Origin: an uncultured Candidatus Saccharibacteria bacterium
GTDB taxonomy: Bacteria; Patescibacteriota; Minisyncoccia; Minisyncoccales; Staskawiczbacteraceae
Assembly: GCA_964366875.1 (NCBI GenBank)
Contig: CAYIVF010000001.1
Location: 8,123 to 72,122 of the forward strand
Direction: 5' to 3'
DNA length: 64,000 nt
Shown here: piece by piece, positions 1 through 9,247 of the stretch
Numbering within the stretch: position 1 is the stretch's first letter
Layout of the letters: every line of letters starts with the position of its first letter
Program-made: the position numbers and the translations under genes
The notes under the pieces: model-generated
Databases searched by the model: none
What the model saw: the letters and a program-made list of their open reading frames with translations, nothing else
Told to the model about the DNA's origin: nothing

Positions 1-461
1 AACCTTGATACAAGCTCTATTAAAACCACTCTTAAATCTCCAGCAATGGCCAAAAACATTTTTTTTAGGTTTTCTAACTTCTCTCGGGTAAGCGTCTTTC
101 TGTTTTTTATGTTAATTGCCAAAGAATAGCGGACTTTGCCAAGTTCTGAAATTTTTTCTATCAGTCGGCCGATTTCTTTGCCAAATTTTTTTTCTATCGT
201 TTGCATTTCAATCTTTTTTATGGAATCGGGAATGTCGTCTACTACGTCATGCAGTATTCCAAAAGCGACTGTTACGGGGTCAAGTTCCATCTTATCCAGC
301 ATTAAAGCCACTCTTGCGGCGTGATGGATATAGTTTTCTCCGGAAAGCCGGAATTTTTCTTTGTACGCTTCCTCGGCAAACTCAAAAGCCTCCTCAATCA
401 GTTTGGGATTCTGGCTTCTTTCCGCCAGCCGGCGGATTATTTTCTGTATGTCGTTTGCCAT
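1..461 (-). CDS. RelA/SpoT-family HD-domain protein ((p)ppGpp hydrolase/synthetase N-terminal region), 3'-truncated by window edge
   Basis: Manual reverse translation gives MANDIQKIIRRLAERSQNPKLIEEAFEFAEEAYKEKFRLSGENYIHHAARVALMLDKMELDPVTVAFGILHDVVDD..., the HD hydrolase motif of RelA/SpoT. Start is the ATG complementary to 459-461. Not in ORF track because no stop lies in the window. Confidence 0.6.
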   Translation of the reverse strand, partial: MANDIQKIIRRLAERSQNPKLIEEAFEFAEEAYKEKFRLSGENYIHHAARVALMLDKMELDPVTVAFGILHDVVDDIPDSIKKIEMQTIEKKFGKEIGRLIEKISELGKVRYSLAINIKNRKTLTREKLENLKKMFLAIAGDLRVVLIELVSR

Positions 462-2500
462 TGTTTGGCTTTAACGAAGTCGCACTCTTTGTTAGAACAC
501 TTTATCTGCTTTCTTTTTGTTTCTATTAGAATAGAATCGCACTTGGGGCAGAACTCATTTATGGGCTTGTCCCACAAGGCAAAGTCGCATTTTGGAAAGG
601 TGCTGCATCCATAGAATATTTTTCCTTTCTTTGTCTTTCTGACAACAATTTCTCCTTGTTGGCACTTTGGGCATTTTATGCCTAAGTTTTTGTTTTTATC
701 TTCTACAGATTCCGTATATTTGCATTCAGGGAATTTTGAGCAAGCGTAAAACTTCCCAAACTTTCCAAAGCGCTCGATTAACGGGGCTCCGCACTTGGGG
801 CAGATTTTATTTGTTTCTTTTACCAGGTCTGATTTTTTTACTTCTTTGTATTTTTCTTCAAGATTTTTTGAAAAAGGATTGTAAAAATCCCTGCAGGTTT
901 TCTGCCATGTATCTTTGTTTTCTGCTATTTCATCTAATTCTTTTTCCATTTTTGCCGTAAAATCAATATCAACTATTTCCGGGAAGTTTTTTACTAAGAC
1001 ATCATTTACTACAGTTCCTATTTCAGTGGGAACAAATCTTTTTTGTTCATTTTTTTCAACATAGTTTCTTTCTTGTATGGTAGATAGGGTGGGCGCATAG
1101 GTTGAAGGCCTGCCTATGCCGTATTTTTCAAGTATTTTTATCAAACTGGCCTCGGTATATCTTGCAGCAGGCTCTGTAAAATGCTGGATTGAGTCTAATT
1201 TTACAAGTTCTAAATTATCTTTCTTTTCTAAAGAAGGCAATTCTTTTTCTTCAAATTTTGTTGGGTATATTTTTAAGAATCCATCAAACTTTAATGTTTG
1301 TCCATTTGCTCTGAATGTGTAATCATTTGCCTTGATGTCAGCGGAGACAGAATCAAAAACTGCGGGTTGCATTTGGCAGGCAATAAACCTTTGCCATATT
1401 AAAGTGTATAACTTTAATTGCCTGCTATCAATGCCGCTTAAAGATTCTGGCGTTCTGTCTGCATAAGTGGGCCTTATGGCTTCGTGCGCTTCTTGGGCTC
1501 GGGGTGCCCCTTGGATCGTTTTTGTTTTGTATCTTACTATTTTTCCCACCCAATAATTTTCTCCGTATTTTTCTGTTATATGTTTTTTCGCGGAAGATAA
1601 AGAAGCGTCAGAAAGATTTAATGAGTCTGTCCTGTGGTAGGTGATGTGCCCTTCTTCATATAGGCGCTGAGCTAAAGACATTGTCATTTTTGCGGAAAAC
1701 TTAAACCTTTGCCAGGCCGCCTGCTGCAATGTGCTGGTAGTAAAGGGTGGAGCAGGATGTCTTTTTGTTTCCTTTCTTTCTACATTTTCAACTACATATT
1801 CAGCGCCTTTTAGGTTTTTGAGGATTTTGTCTCCTTCCTCTTTGTTTTTTATATACAACCTGTCTATTGCCTTATCGCTTTCTTTAATTAAGGAAGCTGA
1901 AAATTCTTCTCCTTCTTTTTTTAGCAGCGCTTCTATGCTCCAGTATTCTTCTGGCACAAATTTTTGAATTTCTCTTTCTCTTTCAACAACTAATCTTACA
2001 GCCACTGACTGCACTCTGCCGGCTGAAAGGCCTTTGCTGACCTTTTTCCACAAAAAAGGAGACAGCTTGTATCCTACAATCCTGTCTAAAATGCGCCTTG
2101 CCTGCTGAGCGTCTACTAAGTTCATATCAATGCGCCTTGGGTTTTTTATGGCCTCGTCAATGGCTGTTTTTGTAATTTCATGAAAAACAATTCTTTGAGG
2201 ATTATCCAGCTTTAAAGCTTCTTTCAAATGCCAGGCAATTGATTCTCCTTCGCGGTCTTCGTCGGTTGCCAGTATGGTGCTGTCTGCTTTGACTGATTCT
2301 TTTTTAAGAGTAGAAACAACTTTTCTGGCTTTTATCGGTATGACATATTTTGGTTCAAAATTATGTTCAATATCAACGCCAAGTTCTTTTTCAGGCAGAT
2401 CTCTTACATGGCCCATACTTGCAAGAACTTGATAATTTTTTCCTAAGAATTGTTTTAGAGTCCTCGCTTTAGTTGGACTTTCCACTATTACTAAATTCAT
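437..2500 (-). CDS. topA: DNA topoisomerase I with C-terminal zinc-ribbon repeats
   Basis: 687 aa. TOPRIM N-terminus (VIVESPTKARTL), conserved topo IA core, multiple C4 zinc ribbons (CPKCGAPL..., CPKCQQGE..., CPKCDS...). Confidence 0.9.
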   Translation of the reverse strand: MNLVIVESPTKARTLKQFLGKNYQVLASMGHVRDLPEKELGVDIEHNFEPKYVIPIKARKVVSTLKKESVKADSTILATDEDREGESIAWHLKEALKLDNPQRIVFHEITKTAIDEAIKNPRRIDMNLVDAQQARRILDRIVGYKLSPFLWKKVSKGLSAGRVQSVAVRLVVEREREIQKFVPEEYWSIEALLKKEGEEFSASLIKESDKAIDRLYIKNKEEGDKILKNLKGAEYVVENVERKETKRHPAPPFTTSTLQQAAWQRFKFSAKMTMSLAQRLYEEGHITYHRTDSLNLSDASLSSAKKHITEKYGENYWVGKIVRYKTKTIQGAPRAQEAHEAIRPTYADRTPESLSGIDSRQLKLYTLIWQRFIACQMQPAVFDSVSADIKANDYTFRANGQTLKFDGFLKIYPTKFEEKELPSLEKKDNLELVKLDSIQHFTEPAARYTEASLIKILEKYGIGRPSTYAPTLSTIQERNYVEKNEQKRFVPTEIGTVVNDVLVKNFPEIVDIDFTAKMEKELDEIAENKDTWQKTCRDFYNPFSKNLEEKYKEVKKSDLVKETNKICPKCGAPLIERFGKFGKFYACSKFPECKYTESVEDKNKNLGIKCPKCQQGEIVVRKTKKGKIFYGCSTFPKCDFALWDKPINEFCPKCDSILIETKRKQIKCSNKECDFVKAKQWQTTYRK

Positions 2501-2541
2501 TTTTTTGAATACATTTTTTTAACTATACCACAGATTTTTTA

Positions 2542-4479
2542 TTATCTTAACTTTTCTACTGCTTCTGATAAAATTTGGCTATACAAGTTTAAGCCGATTT
2601 TGTTTATTGCTCCGGATTGTTCTTTGCCTAAAATGTTTCCTGCTCCACGCAGTTCTAAGTCTTTTATTGCAACTCTGTACCCTGCGCCCAACTCTTTTGC
2701 ATCTTCTAATGCTCTTAGGCGTTCTTTAGCTGCTGTCGTTAAAGATTTTTGGTTGTATAAAAAGTAAGCAAAAGAATCTGTGTTTGACCGTCCGACTCTT
2801 CCCCTTATCTGGTGCGCCTGCGAAAGGCCCAGGCGCGTGGCGTCTTCTACTATAATGGTATTTACGTTTGGCAGGTCTAATCCGTTTTCAATAATTGTGG
2901 TGGCGACTAGTATGTTTGTTTTTTCTTTTTGAAAGTCGTCCATTATTTTTATCAATTGTTTTTCGTGCATCCTGCCGTGGATTGTGCCGATTTTAGCTCT
3001 CGGCGAAAGTTCTTTAATTTGTTGGGTTTTTGTTTCAATTGTTTGCACTTTATTGTGCAAGAAATAGACCTGGCCCTTCCTTTTTAGTTCAAAATTGATT
3101 GCTTTTTTAATTAGTTTTGTATTATATGGCAAAACCTGTGTTTTTATTGCCTGCCTGCCTTTTGGCGGAGTCTGAATCAAGCTTATATTCTTAAAAGCAG
3201 AAAGCGCCAAATATATGGTGCGGGGGATTGGTGTGGCTGACAAACTTAAAATATCCAAAGAGGATTTCGTCTGCCTTAGTTTTTCTTTTTGTTTTACGCC
3301 AAATCTCTGTTCGTCGTCAATTATTAACAGTTGAAGGTTTTTGAATTCTATATCTTTAGATAAGAGCCTGTGCGTGCCTATTACAATGTCTGTTCTTCCT
3401 TCTTTTAAATCTTTGGCTATCTTCTTTTGCTCTGCTCTTGTTTGCAGACGAGACAAAAGAGCTATTTTTATCGGGAACTTCTCAAATCTTTTTTTAAAGG
3501 TATTGTAATGCTGATTTGCCAAGATAGTCGTGGGGCAGATTATTGCTGTTTGTCTGTTGTTTGCTGAAGCTAATAAAGCAACTCTCATCGCTACCTCTGT
3601 TTTACCAAAACCAACGTCTCCGCAAACTATCCTGTCCATGGGTTTTTCTTTTTTTAAGTCCTTTTCTATATCTTCAATAGCTTGCAGCTGGTCTGGGGTT
3701 TCTTCGTATGCAAAGCCGGCTCTTAATTGGGATTCCATTTCTCTGTCTGGCAGATAGGCGGATCTCTGTGCTACTTCTTTTTGGGCGTATAAAACCAAAA
3801 GCTCTTTAGCTAGCTTTTCAACTTCTTCTTTAATCTTTCTTTTTGTTTTTTGCCAGAGATTAGACCCCAGCCTGGAAATTTTAGGGTCTGCAAACCCAAC
3901 GTATCTCGATAGTTTTCTTTCCAATCCTACGGGCACATACAGTTTGTCTTCCTGGCCGTATTCTAAAACATAATAGTCTTTTTCTATGCCCGCAAACCTG
4001 CCTATTCCATGGTCTAAATGCACTAAATAGTCATTGGGCTTTAATCCTTTTAGTTCTGAAAATAGTTTTTGAGATTTTAATTTCTTTTTTAGAATTTCTT
4101 TTGATTTCTTTTCATCTTCTATTTTTACATCCAGCAGTTTGAGCTCATCTATTTCATTTCCTAAAAAATCCAATCTAACAGCCTGCATTGTATTGATGGG
4201 GAACACATCTACTATCCCGCCCCTTTGAGAAAATTCGCCCGGAGCCTCAACCTTAAAAACCCTTTCATAACCCATTTCGTCTAATTTTCTTAAAAACTGC
4301 GAGAAGTTATAGCTGTGGTCTTTTTTAAGGAAAATAATGTTATCTTCGAAAAATGATTGGGAGCGCCTGGCTTCCAATATGCTCTGCAAGTTTTTCTCAA
4401 ACCAAAAAGCCTCCTTATCTAAAAAATAGGGGGTGATGCCAACTATTAAAATTTTATCTATATTACTTGTTGTACTCAT
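2542..4479 (-). CDS. mfd: Transcription-repair coupling factor, short form lacking N-terminal UvrB-homology domains
   Basis: 645 aa. CarD/TRCF RNAP-interaction domain (LVHLDHGIGRF) followed by DEAD/DEAH helicase motifs (GDVGFGKTEVA, DEQRFG, HGRM..., QLRGRVGR). Confidence 0.8.
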   Translation of the reverse strand: MSTTSNIDKILIVGITPYFLDKEAFWFEKNLQSILEARRSQSFFEDNIIFLKKDHSYNFSQFLRKLDEMGYERVFKVEAPGEFSQRGGIVDVFPINTMQAVRLDFLGNEIDELKLLDVKIEDEKKSKEILKKKLKSQKLFSELKGLKPNDYLVHLDHGIGRFAGIEKDYYVLEYGQEDKLYVPVGLERKLSRYVGFADPKISRLGSNLWQKTKRKIKEEVEKLAKELLVLYAQKEVAQRSAYLPDREMESQLRAGFAYEETPDQLQAIEDIEKDLKKEKPMDRIVCGDVGFGKTEVAMRVALLASANNRQTAIICPTTILANQHYNTFKKRFEKFPIKIALLSRLQTRAEQKKIAKDLKEGRTDIVIGTHRLLSKDIEFKNLQLLIIDDEQRFGVKQKEKLRQTKSSLDILSLSATPIPRTIYLALSAFKNISLIQTPPKGRQAIKTQVLPYNTKLIKKAINFELKRKGQVYFLHNKVQTIETKTQQIKELSPRAKIGTIHGRMHEKQLIKIMDDFQKEKTNILVATTIIENGLDLPNVNTIIVEDATRLGLSQAHQIRGRVGRSNTDSFAYFLYNQKSLTTAAKERLRALEDAKELGAGYRVAIKDLELRGAGNILGKEQSGAINKIGLNLYSQILSEAVEKLR

Positions 4480-5038
4480 TCATTGTCCTATCTAATCCTT
4501 CTTTGATAAAAAAATCAAGGGATTCTGCTGCTTTTTCAATTGTTTCGTTTATAATTTTTTGTTCATCTTCTGTAAATTTTTTAAGAACCAGTTTTTTTGT
4601 ATCTTGTATCTTGTATCTTGTATCTTGCGGTTTTATTCCGATGCGAAATCTGATAAGCCTGTCATTTCCAATGTTTTTAATTATACTTTCTACTCCTTTG
4701 TGTCCGGCAGAGCCGCGTTCTTTATTTATTTTTATTTTTCCTACCGGTAAATCTATATCATCGTGCACAATGAGTAAATTTGAAATTTGAAATTTGAAAT
4801 TTGAAATTATTTGCTTAACTGCTTTGCCCGAGTCATTCATAAATGTTTGGGGTTTTACCAAGACAATCTTATCCTCGCCAACCACGCCCTCCGAAACCAG
4901 TACCTCGGATTTTTTTTGCAGCTCAAATTCCGGAAAATCATTTTTCTCCGCAAATTTATCCAAAACCATAAATCCCACATTATGCCTTGTCCCTTCAAAT
5001 TTTTTGCCAGGATTCCCGAGTCCGACTATTATAATCAT
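4463..5038 (-). CDS. pth: Peptidyl-tRNA hydrolase
   Basis: 191 aa. MIIIVGLGNPGKKFEGTRHNVGF... is the canonical Pth N-terminus with catalytic His. Contains two 7-bp x4 tandem repeats. Confidence 0.9.
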   Translation of the reverse strand: MIIIVGLGNPGKKFEGTRHNVGFMVLDKFAEKNDFPEFELQKKSEVLVSEGVVGEDKIVLVKPQTFMNDSGKAVKQIISNFKFQISNLLIVHDDIDLPVGKIKINKERGSAGHKGVESIIKNIGNDRLIRFRIGIKPQDTRYKIQDTKKLVLKKFTEDEQKIINETIEKAAESLDFFIKEGLDRTMNEYNK

Positions 5039-5079
5039 ATTTATCTAATTTACCTTTTTTAACTTTATTTTTCAATTAT

Positions 5080-5931
5080 TTGCTTGAATTATTTCTCAAA
5101 AGGCGATATTGTAAAAAAAAGATGCTGAGTTTAAAATCAGAAAAATATTTTTTATTAATCGTTAAACCATATAATAATATGAATTCAAAAGAAATTGAGT
5201 CAATTGAAAAAAGATATTTTGAAGAGATTTATTTTTTTGTAGATAAAAATCTTTCGTTCTTCCTTGAAAGATTAAAATCAAAGAATGAAATAAAAAATGA
5301 TTGGCTAAAAATATTCAAAATAACAAGTAGGGCTGCATACAAAAAAGCTTCAGAATTAAATAAAGGCGCCGAAAGAGTGGTGCATAATTTATTTGGTCAA
5401 TATAGGTCATTTGCAGTTAATTCTTCGCCCATTGGTTCGGATTTAATGTTTGAAACTCCAGATGCTTTTATACATTTAGAAGTTAAAACTGCTACCGATT
5501 CTAATCCCGCAGATTTTAAAGGAAAAATACAAATAGCCCAAAATCAGACAACCTATGGAGTTAATCAGACAATAACAGGAAGTCGCTACCATTTTATACC
5601 TAGTTTACCTAAAATTTACTCAAACGGAAAAATCTGTTTGACTTATGTAATTCAAATAATACACGATAATGTAGAAGATTTACCCAAGATTATAATTTTA
5701 CTTTCAATACCCAATGGATTATTAAAGCGCACTTACGGTAATTGTATTAATTCCGGAAAACATTCGAAAAAATTAAACAAGTTAAAATCGAAAGGAGATA
5801 TAAGATTTTTATACAAGAAGGCTAAAAAATTCGAAAATTTAGAAAAAAAACCAAGTAGAATAAAAATTATTTATCCTCAAAGTTACTCTAAAAAATTACT
5901 TGAAGATTTTTTAGGACTGAAGGAATTATAA
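5080..5931 (+). CDS. Hypothetical protein; candidate Type II restriction endonuclease (PD-ExK-like motif). True start may be the internal Met at 5182
   Basis: 283 aa. Contains FETPDAFIHLEVKT (PD...ExK arrangement). Convergent with the adjacent DNA methyltransferase gene, 3' ends overlapping by 6 bp. Confidence 0.35.
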   Translation: MLELFLKRRYCKKKMLSLKSEKYFLLIVKPYNNMNSKEIESIEKRYFEEIYFFVDKNLSFFLERLKSKNEIKNDWLKIFKITSRAAYKKASELNKGAERVVHNLFGQYRSFAVNSSPIGSDLMFETPDAFIHLEVKTATDSNPADFKGKIQIAQNQTTYGVNQTITGSRYHFIPSLPKIYSNGKICLTYVIQIIHDNVEDLPKIIILLSIPNGLLKRTYGNCINSGKHSKKLNKLKSKGDIRFLYKKAKKFENLEKKPSRIKIIYPQSYSKKLLEDFLGLKEL

Positions 5932-7848
5932 TATTTTAATTTTATCACACCTTTTTTTTATAATATTTAGATAATCTTTTTGTAATTCTATACCAATTGA
6001 TTTTCTATTAAGTTCCCTTGCAACCTTTAAGCTTGTTCCACTTCCCACAAATGGATCTAAAACAATGCCGTTTACCGGACAGCAAGCCATTATAGCTTTT
6101 TTTGGTAGTTCTTCAGGAAATATTGCAAAATGGGAATCCTGTAATTTTCCAGTTGCAAAATCCCAAATATCACCAGGATTTTTACCTAACTCATGTGGTT
6201 TTACGGTTTGTAAAACATAATGCTCTTCAGTCATAATTTTATCGTATTTATCATCTTTAATTTCCAAAACTTTTTTTAGTTTTAACCAATCTTCTGGCTT
6301 AGGTAAACATCTTCCGCCTCTATCTGTCCTGAACCAATGTCCAGCAGTATCTTTATAGCCAAATATTTTATCTATTTCTTTACTTGAAATTCCTTTATTT
6401 TTTCTATAATTTTTTATGAAATGTATTATTTCAAGTTCTAAACTACTATCTATTTTGTGTTTTCTTTGTTTAGAATAAAATTCCCCATTAACAGATAATC
6501 TCGCCCCAGGCGAAGCGCCAAGATTTATTTTCTCAGTATTTTTAAATTTACCATTGTATTCATTTTTATTATTACTTGTTTTGTCTTTCCATTTTTCGTA
6601 TTCTTTGACAGATAGCGTTAATGGTAATTCTATTTTTTGATTATTTTTTTCCGTTAGTAAGATTTTTTGTTTAGAGGTTTTTTCTTTTTTCTCCCCATTG
6701 GTTTTATGTGCGATCCTAACAGAATCTAAATCAAAATAATATTCCGGTCTCAAATAACTATTAGGATTTTTAACAAATAAAAATATTGGTTCATAGGTGT
6801 TTGAAAATCTATCTTTTATCGACGAGGGCATTGCATTTGTTTTCCGCCATATTAAAACATTTCTTATTGCCCAACCATTTTTTTGCATTTCCATTGCTAG
6901 TCGAAAAGGGATCATTTGTAGATTCTTATCAACGTATTTATCTCCTATATTTAAAAAATATGCACCATCATCAGTTAAGACCCTTTTTAATTCATTTGTA
7001 ATGTCTATCATTTTTTTGATATATTCTTCTGGTGTTTTTTCATTGCCTATTTGTCCTCCCATTCCATAATCTCTTTGTCCCCAATAAGGTGGAGAGGTCA
7101 CAATGCAATTTATTGATTTGTCGGGTAGCATTTTTAACTTTTCTATAACATCACCAATAATCACTAGTGGTTCGGTATCTTTGGGTAAATCAATAAATTG
7201 ATGTTGGTTTGTTATTTTTTTTTGCAAAACCACTTTCTCTTTTAATTTTTCTAATTCTTCAAATTTTCTTATTATACTAACTACTTTTCCTTGTATTTCT
7301 AATTCTTTTACATAGATTGGTTTAAAATCAGGATTTGCCGGTTGTAGGCGAAATCCGTTTTTCTCTCTATAAATTTTTTTGAGAGTAGTTTCATTGCCAT
7401 TAATAAGCGCAACAACGCTTTCTCCGTTTTCTGCAGTGGATTGTCTTCTAATTATTACCTTGTCGCCGTTGAAGATACCCTCGTCAATCATACTATTGCC
7501 ACTTACCTCTAATGCAAAATTTTCACCGCTTTTGGATAGCAAATTTTTAGGAACTTTTATTTTCTCTGGAACATTGTATGTTATAAGCGGTTCGCCAGCT
7601 GTAATTGTTCCGAGCAAGGGAATCTCTACGAGTTCTGAATTTTTATTTTTTACCAATTCAATGGAGCGCGCCTTGTAATCTGTTTTTTCTAAATATTCTT
7701 TCTCTTTTAGTGTTTTTATGTATTGATGAGCTGTGGGTTTTTTTATTTTAAAATGCTTCGCAATTTCCTTGAGAGAAGGAGAGTAATCTTTTTTGCTAAT
7801 GTATTTTTTAATATAATCTAGAATTTGTTTTTGTTTCGGAGTTAACAT
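5926..7848 (-). CDS. Fusion protein: LexA-like repressor (HTH + S24 autopeptidase) joined to a beta-class DNA methyltransferase (SPPY motif, probably N4-cytosine or N6-adenine)
   Basis: 640 aa. Residues 1-200 align with LexA: IPLLGTITAGEPL (Ala-Gly cleavage site), EVSGNSM (catalytic Ser), TLKKIY (catalytic Lys). The rest carries motif IV (TSPPYWGQRDY) and C-terminal motif I (LDPFVGSGTS), i.e. the beta permutation of amino-MTases. Confidence 0.7.
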   Translation of the reverse strand: MLTPKQKQILDYIKKYISKKDYSPSLKEIAKHFKIKKPTAHQYIKTLKEKEYLEKTDYKARSIELVKNKNSELVEIPLLGTITAGEPLITYNVPEKIKVPKNLLSKSGENFALEVSGNSMIDEGIFNGDKVIIRRQSTAENGESVVALINGNETTLKKIYREKNGFRLQPANPDFKPIYVKELEIQGKVVSIIRKFEELEKLKEKVVLQKKITNQHQFIDLPKDTEPLVIIGDVIEKLKMLPDKSINCIVTSPPYWGQRDYGMGGQIGNEKTPEEYIKKMIDITNELKRVLTDDGAYFLNIGDKYVDKNLQMIPFRLAMEMQKNGWAIRNVLIWRKTNAMPSSIKDRFSNTYEPIFLFVKNPNSYLRPEYYFDLDSVRIAHKTNGEKKEKTSKQKILLTEKNNQKIELPLTLSVKEYEKWKDKTSNNKNEYNGKFKNTEKINLGASPGARLSVNGEFYSKQRKHKIDSSLELEIIHFIKNYRKNKGISSKEIDKIFGYKDTAGHWFRTDRGGRCLPKPEDWLKLKKVLEIKDDKYDKIMTEEHYVLQTVKPHELGKNPGDIWDFATGKLQDSHFAIFPEELPKKAIMACCPVNGIVLDPFVGSGTSLKVARELNRKSIGIELQKDYLNIIKKRCDKIKIL

Positions 7849-8422
7849 ATTGACATGTTTTTTATAAATACTATTATTATATTATACTAACATTTTACTA
7901 ACCTTGAAAGATGTCAACCTGTGGATAACTCAAAAGTTTACAAACTCTACGACCTCACCCAGGAGGGGATTAAAATCATGGAGAGTACGGGAGATTGAGA
8001 AAATGGAGAAGGAGAGGGTTTTTAATCAACTTAACTAGATAAAAATCCCCAATTGGAGATTTTTGCTAAATCATATTTTTGGTAAGGAAAGGAATTATCT
8101 AGTTCAATTTATCGTTACAATTAGCACGAATATAAAAATCCCTTAAATTAAGCCATATCCTTGTATATCTAAAAAATAATTATAATTCAGAATAGAACCT
8201 TCTAATGGCATTCCTTACCAAAAATCCGAAATGGTAAAAATCCTCGGGATAGCCCCTCGGGGTAGTCATTGATGAGCATTTTTTTCCAAGTCCCCCTTGA
8301 CATACAGCTATGAAGAGCGTAAGTTTAATTTAGGAGTTTTCATAGATTAAAGTAAATGAAAAAGAGTATTTTTATTTAGTTCATATTTTGTAAATTGTTT
8401 ATTATTAAGATATAATATAATT
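7849..8422. promoter_or_regulatory. Long AT-rich intergenic region with nested inverted repeats, four AAAAATCC motifs and one perfect DnaA box (TGTGGATAA, 7920-7928)
   Basis: 10-bp perfect inverted repeat aactagataa (8033-8042) / ttatctagtt (8100-8109) enclosing an inner hairpin aaaatc...gatttt; ttacca...tggtaa hairpin around 8210-8232. No ORF of 60 aa or more. Confidence 0.4.
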
Positions 8423-8815
8423 ATGACAAATCAAAAAGATCCACTCGCGTCACTTTTCACGAGCGACGCAAAAGCAATTGATAGGCAGAAGCTAGCAGAG
8501 CTTTTGGAGCCTTTTGTTATTATTGATGAGGGTTCCAAAGAGTTCAGTTTTCACGATACCTTTAATTCCCTGAAAACAAACATGCAAAAAATTGAAATCA
8601 TTCTTTCTGCTGCAAAAGCCAGAGCTCTGTTTTTCAATGAGGTCGATGGATTATCTCCAGGAGATATTATCACTCTTGGTGTTATGCCCGAGGGCAGCGT
8701 GAAGACAAGTCTAAAAAAACTTTTTGATAGGCACAAAATCAAGAAAGATAAAGATGGTAGATATTTTATACCCTCGTACCGTATTTCAGAATTGGTCAAA
8801 CAATTTAATAACTAA
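8423..8815 (+). CDS. Hypothetical protein, member 1 of a four-gene paralogous array
   Basis: 130 aa. C-terminal region (KIEIILSAAKARALFF...DGRYFIPSYRISELV) shares a pattern with the next three genes. Confidence 0.5.
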   Translation: MTNQKDPLASLFTSDAKAIDRQKLAELLEPFVIIDEGSKEFSFHDTFNSLKTNMQKIEIILSAAKARALFFNEVDGLSPGDIITLGVMPEGSVKTSLKKLFDRHKIKKDKDGRYFIPSYRISELVKQFNN

Positions 8816-8826
8816 CTTTTATTATT

Positions 8827-9240
8827 ATGACTACGAACAAAACAATTGAGCAGAGAGTGGAGGAGCTTGAAAAACGGGTGGCTACGCTAGAGAGGGCATC
8901 CTCGCGTGGTGTAGTATCTTCGGCGTTAAAAGCAAAAAAGTCATCTGCGAAAGAATTCCTTATGACAAAAGAACTCAAGACTGAGATACAAAAGACACTT
9001 GCGCTCGCTTATTATCTCGAGTATATGGAGGGATTCCAGAGCTTCAATGTTGCAGATCTTGAAGCTGTATTTCGTTCGGCAAAAGAGAAGCTTCCAAAGA
9101 ATATAAACGATGCAGTGAATAAAAACATTGCCCATGGTCTCATAATGGAAGCGGCAGAAAAAAAGGATAACAAGAAGGCGTGGGTAATTACATCAACGGG
9201 TGAGAAATATGTTGAAGAGGAGTTTAAAAAGTCTAATTGA
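8827..9240 (+). CDS. Hypothetical protein, member 2 of the paralogous array (N-terminal coiled coil)
   Basis: 137 aa. EELEKRVATLER coiled coil, then the shared domain (LALAYYLEYMEG...KKAWVITSTGEKYVEE). Confidence 0.5.
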   Translation: MTTNKTIEQRVEELEKRVATLERASSRGVVSSALKAKKSSAKEFLMTKELKTEIQKTLALAYYLEYMEGFQSFNVADLEAVFRSAKEKLPKNINDAVNKNIAHGLIMEAAEKKDNKKAWVITSTGEKYVEEEFKKSN

Positions 9241-9247
9241 AAAATAT

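Noticed and set aside
116-960. Plus-strand track ORFs (116-529, 136-324, 321-614, 667-960) at the 5' end
   Set aside because: They lie antisense to the well-supported RelA/SpoT-HD gene and topA on the minus strand; low-complexity translations; no start signals.
2521-2540. Possible fourth DnaA box (ctataccacagatttt)
   Set aside because: Differs from TTATCCACA at three of nine positions when aligned; it shares only the CCACAGATTT tail with the 18694 site.
7849-8422. Possible chromosomal replication origin (AT-rich, DnaA box, repeats)
   Set aside because: Only a single perfect DnaA box is present; the other perfect boxes are 10 kb and 38 kb away; no dnaA/dnaN neighbourhood.
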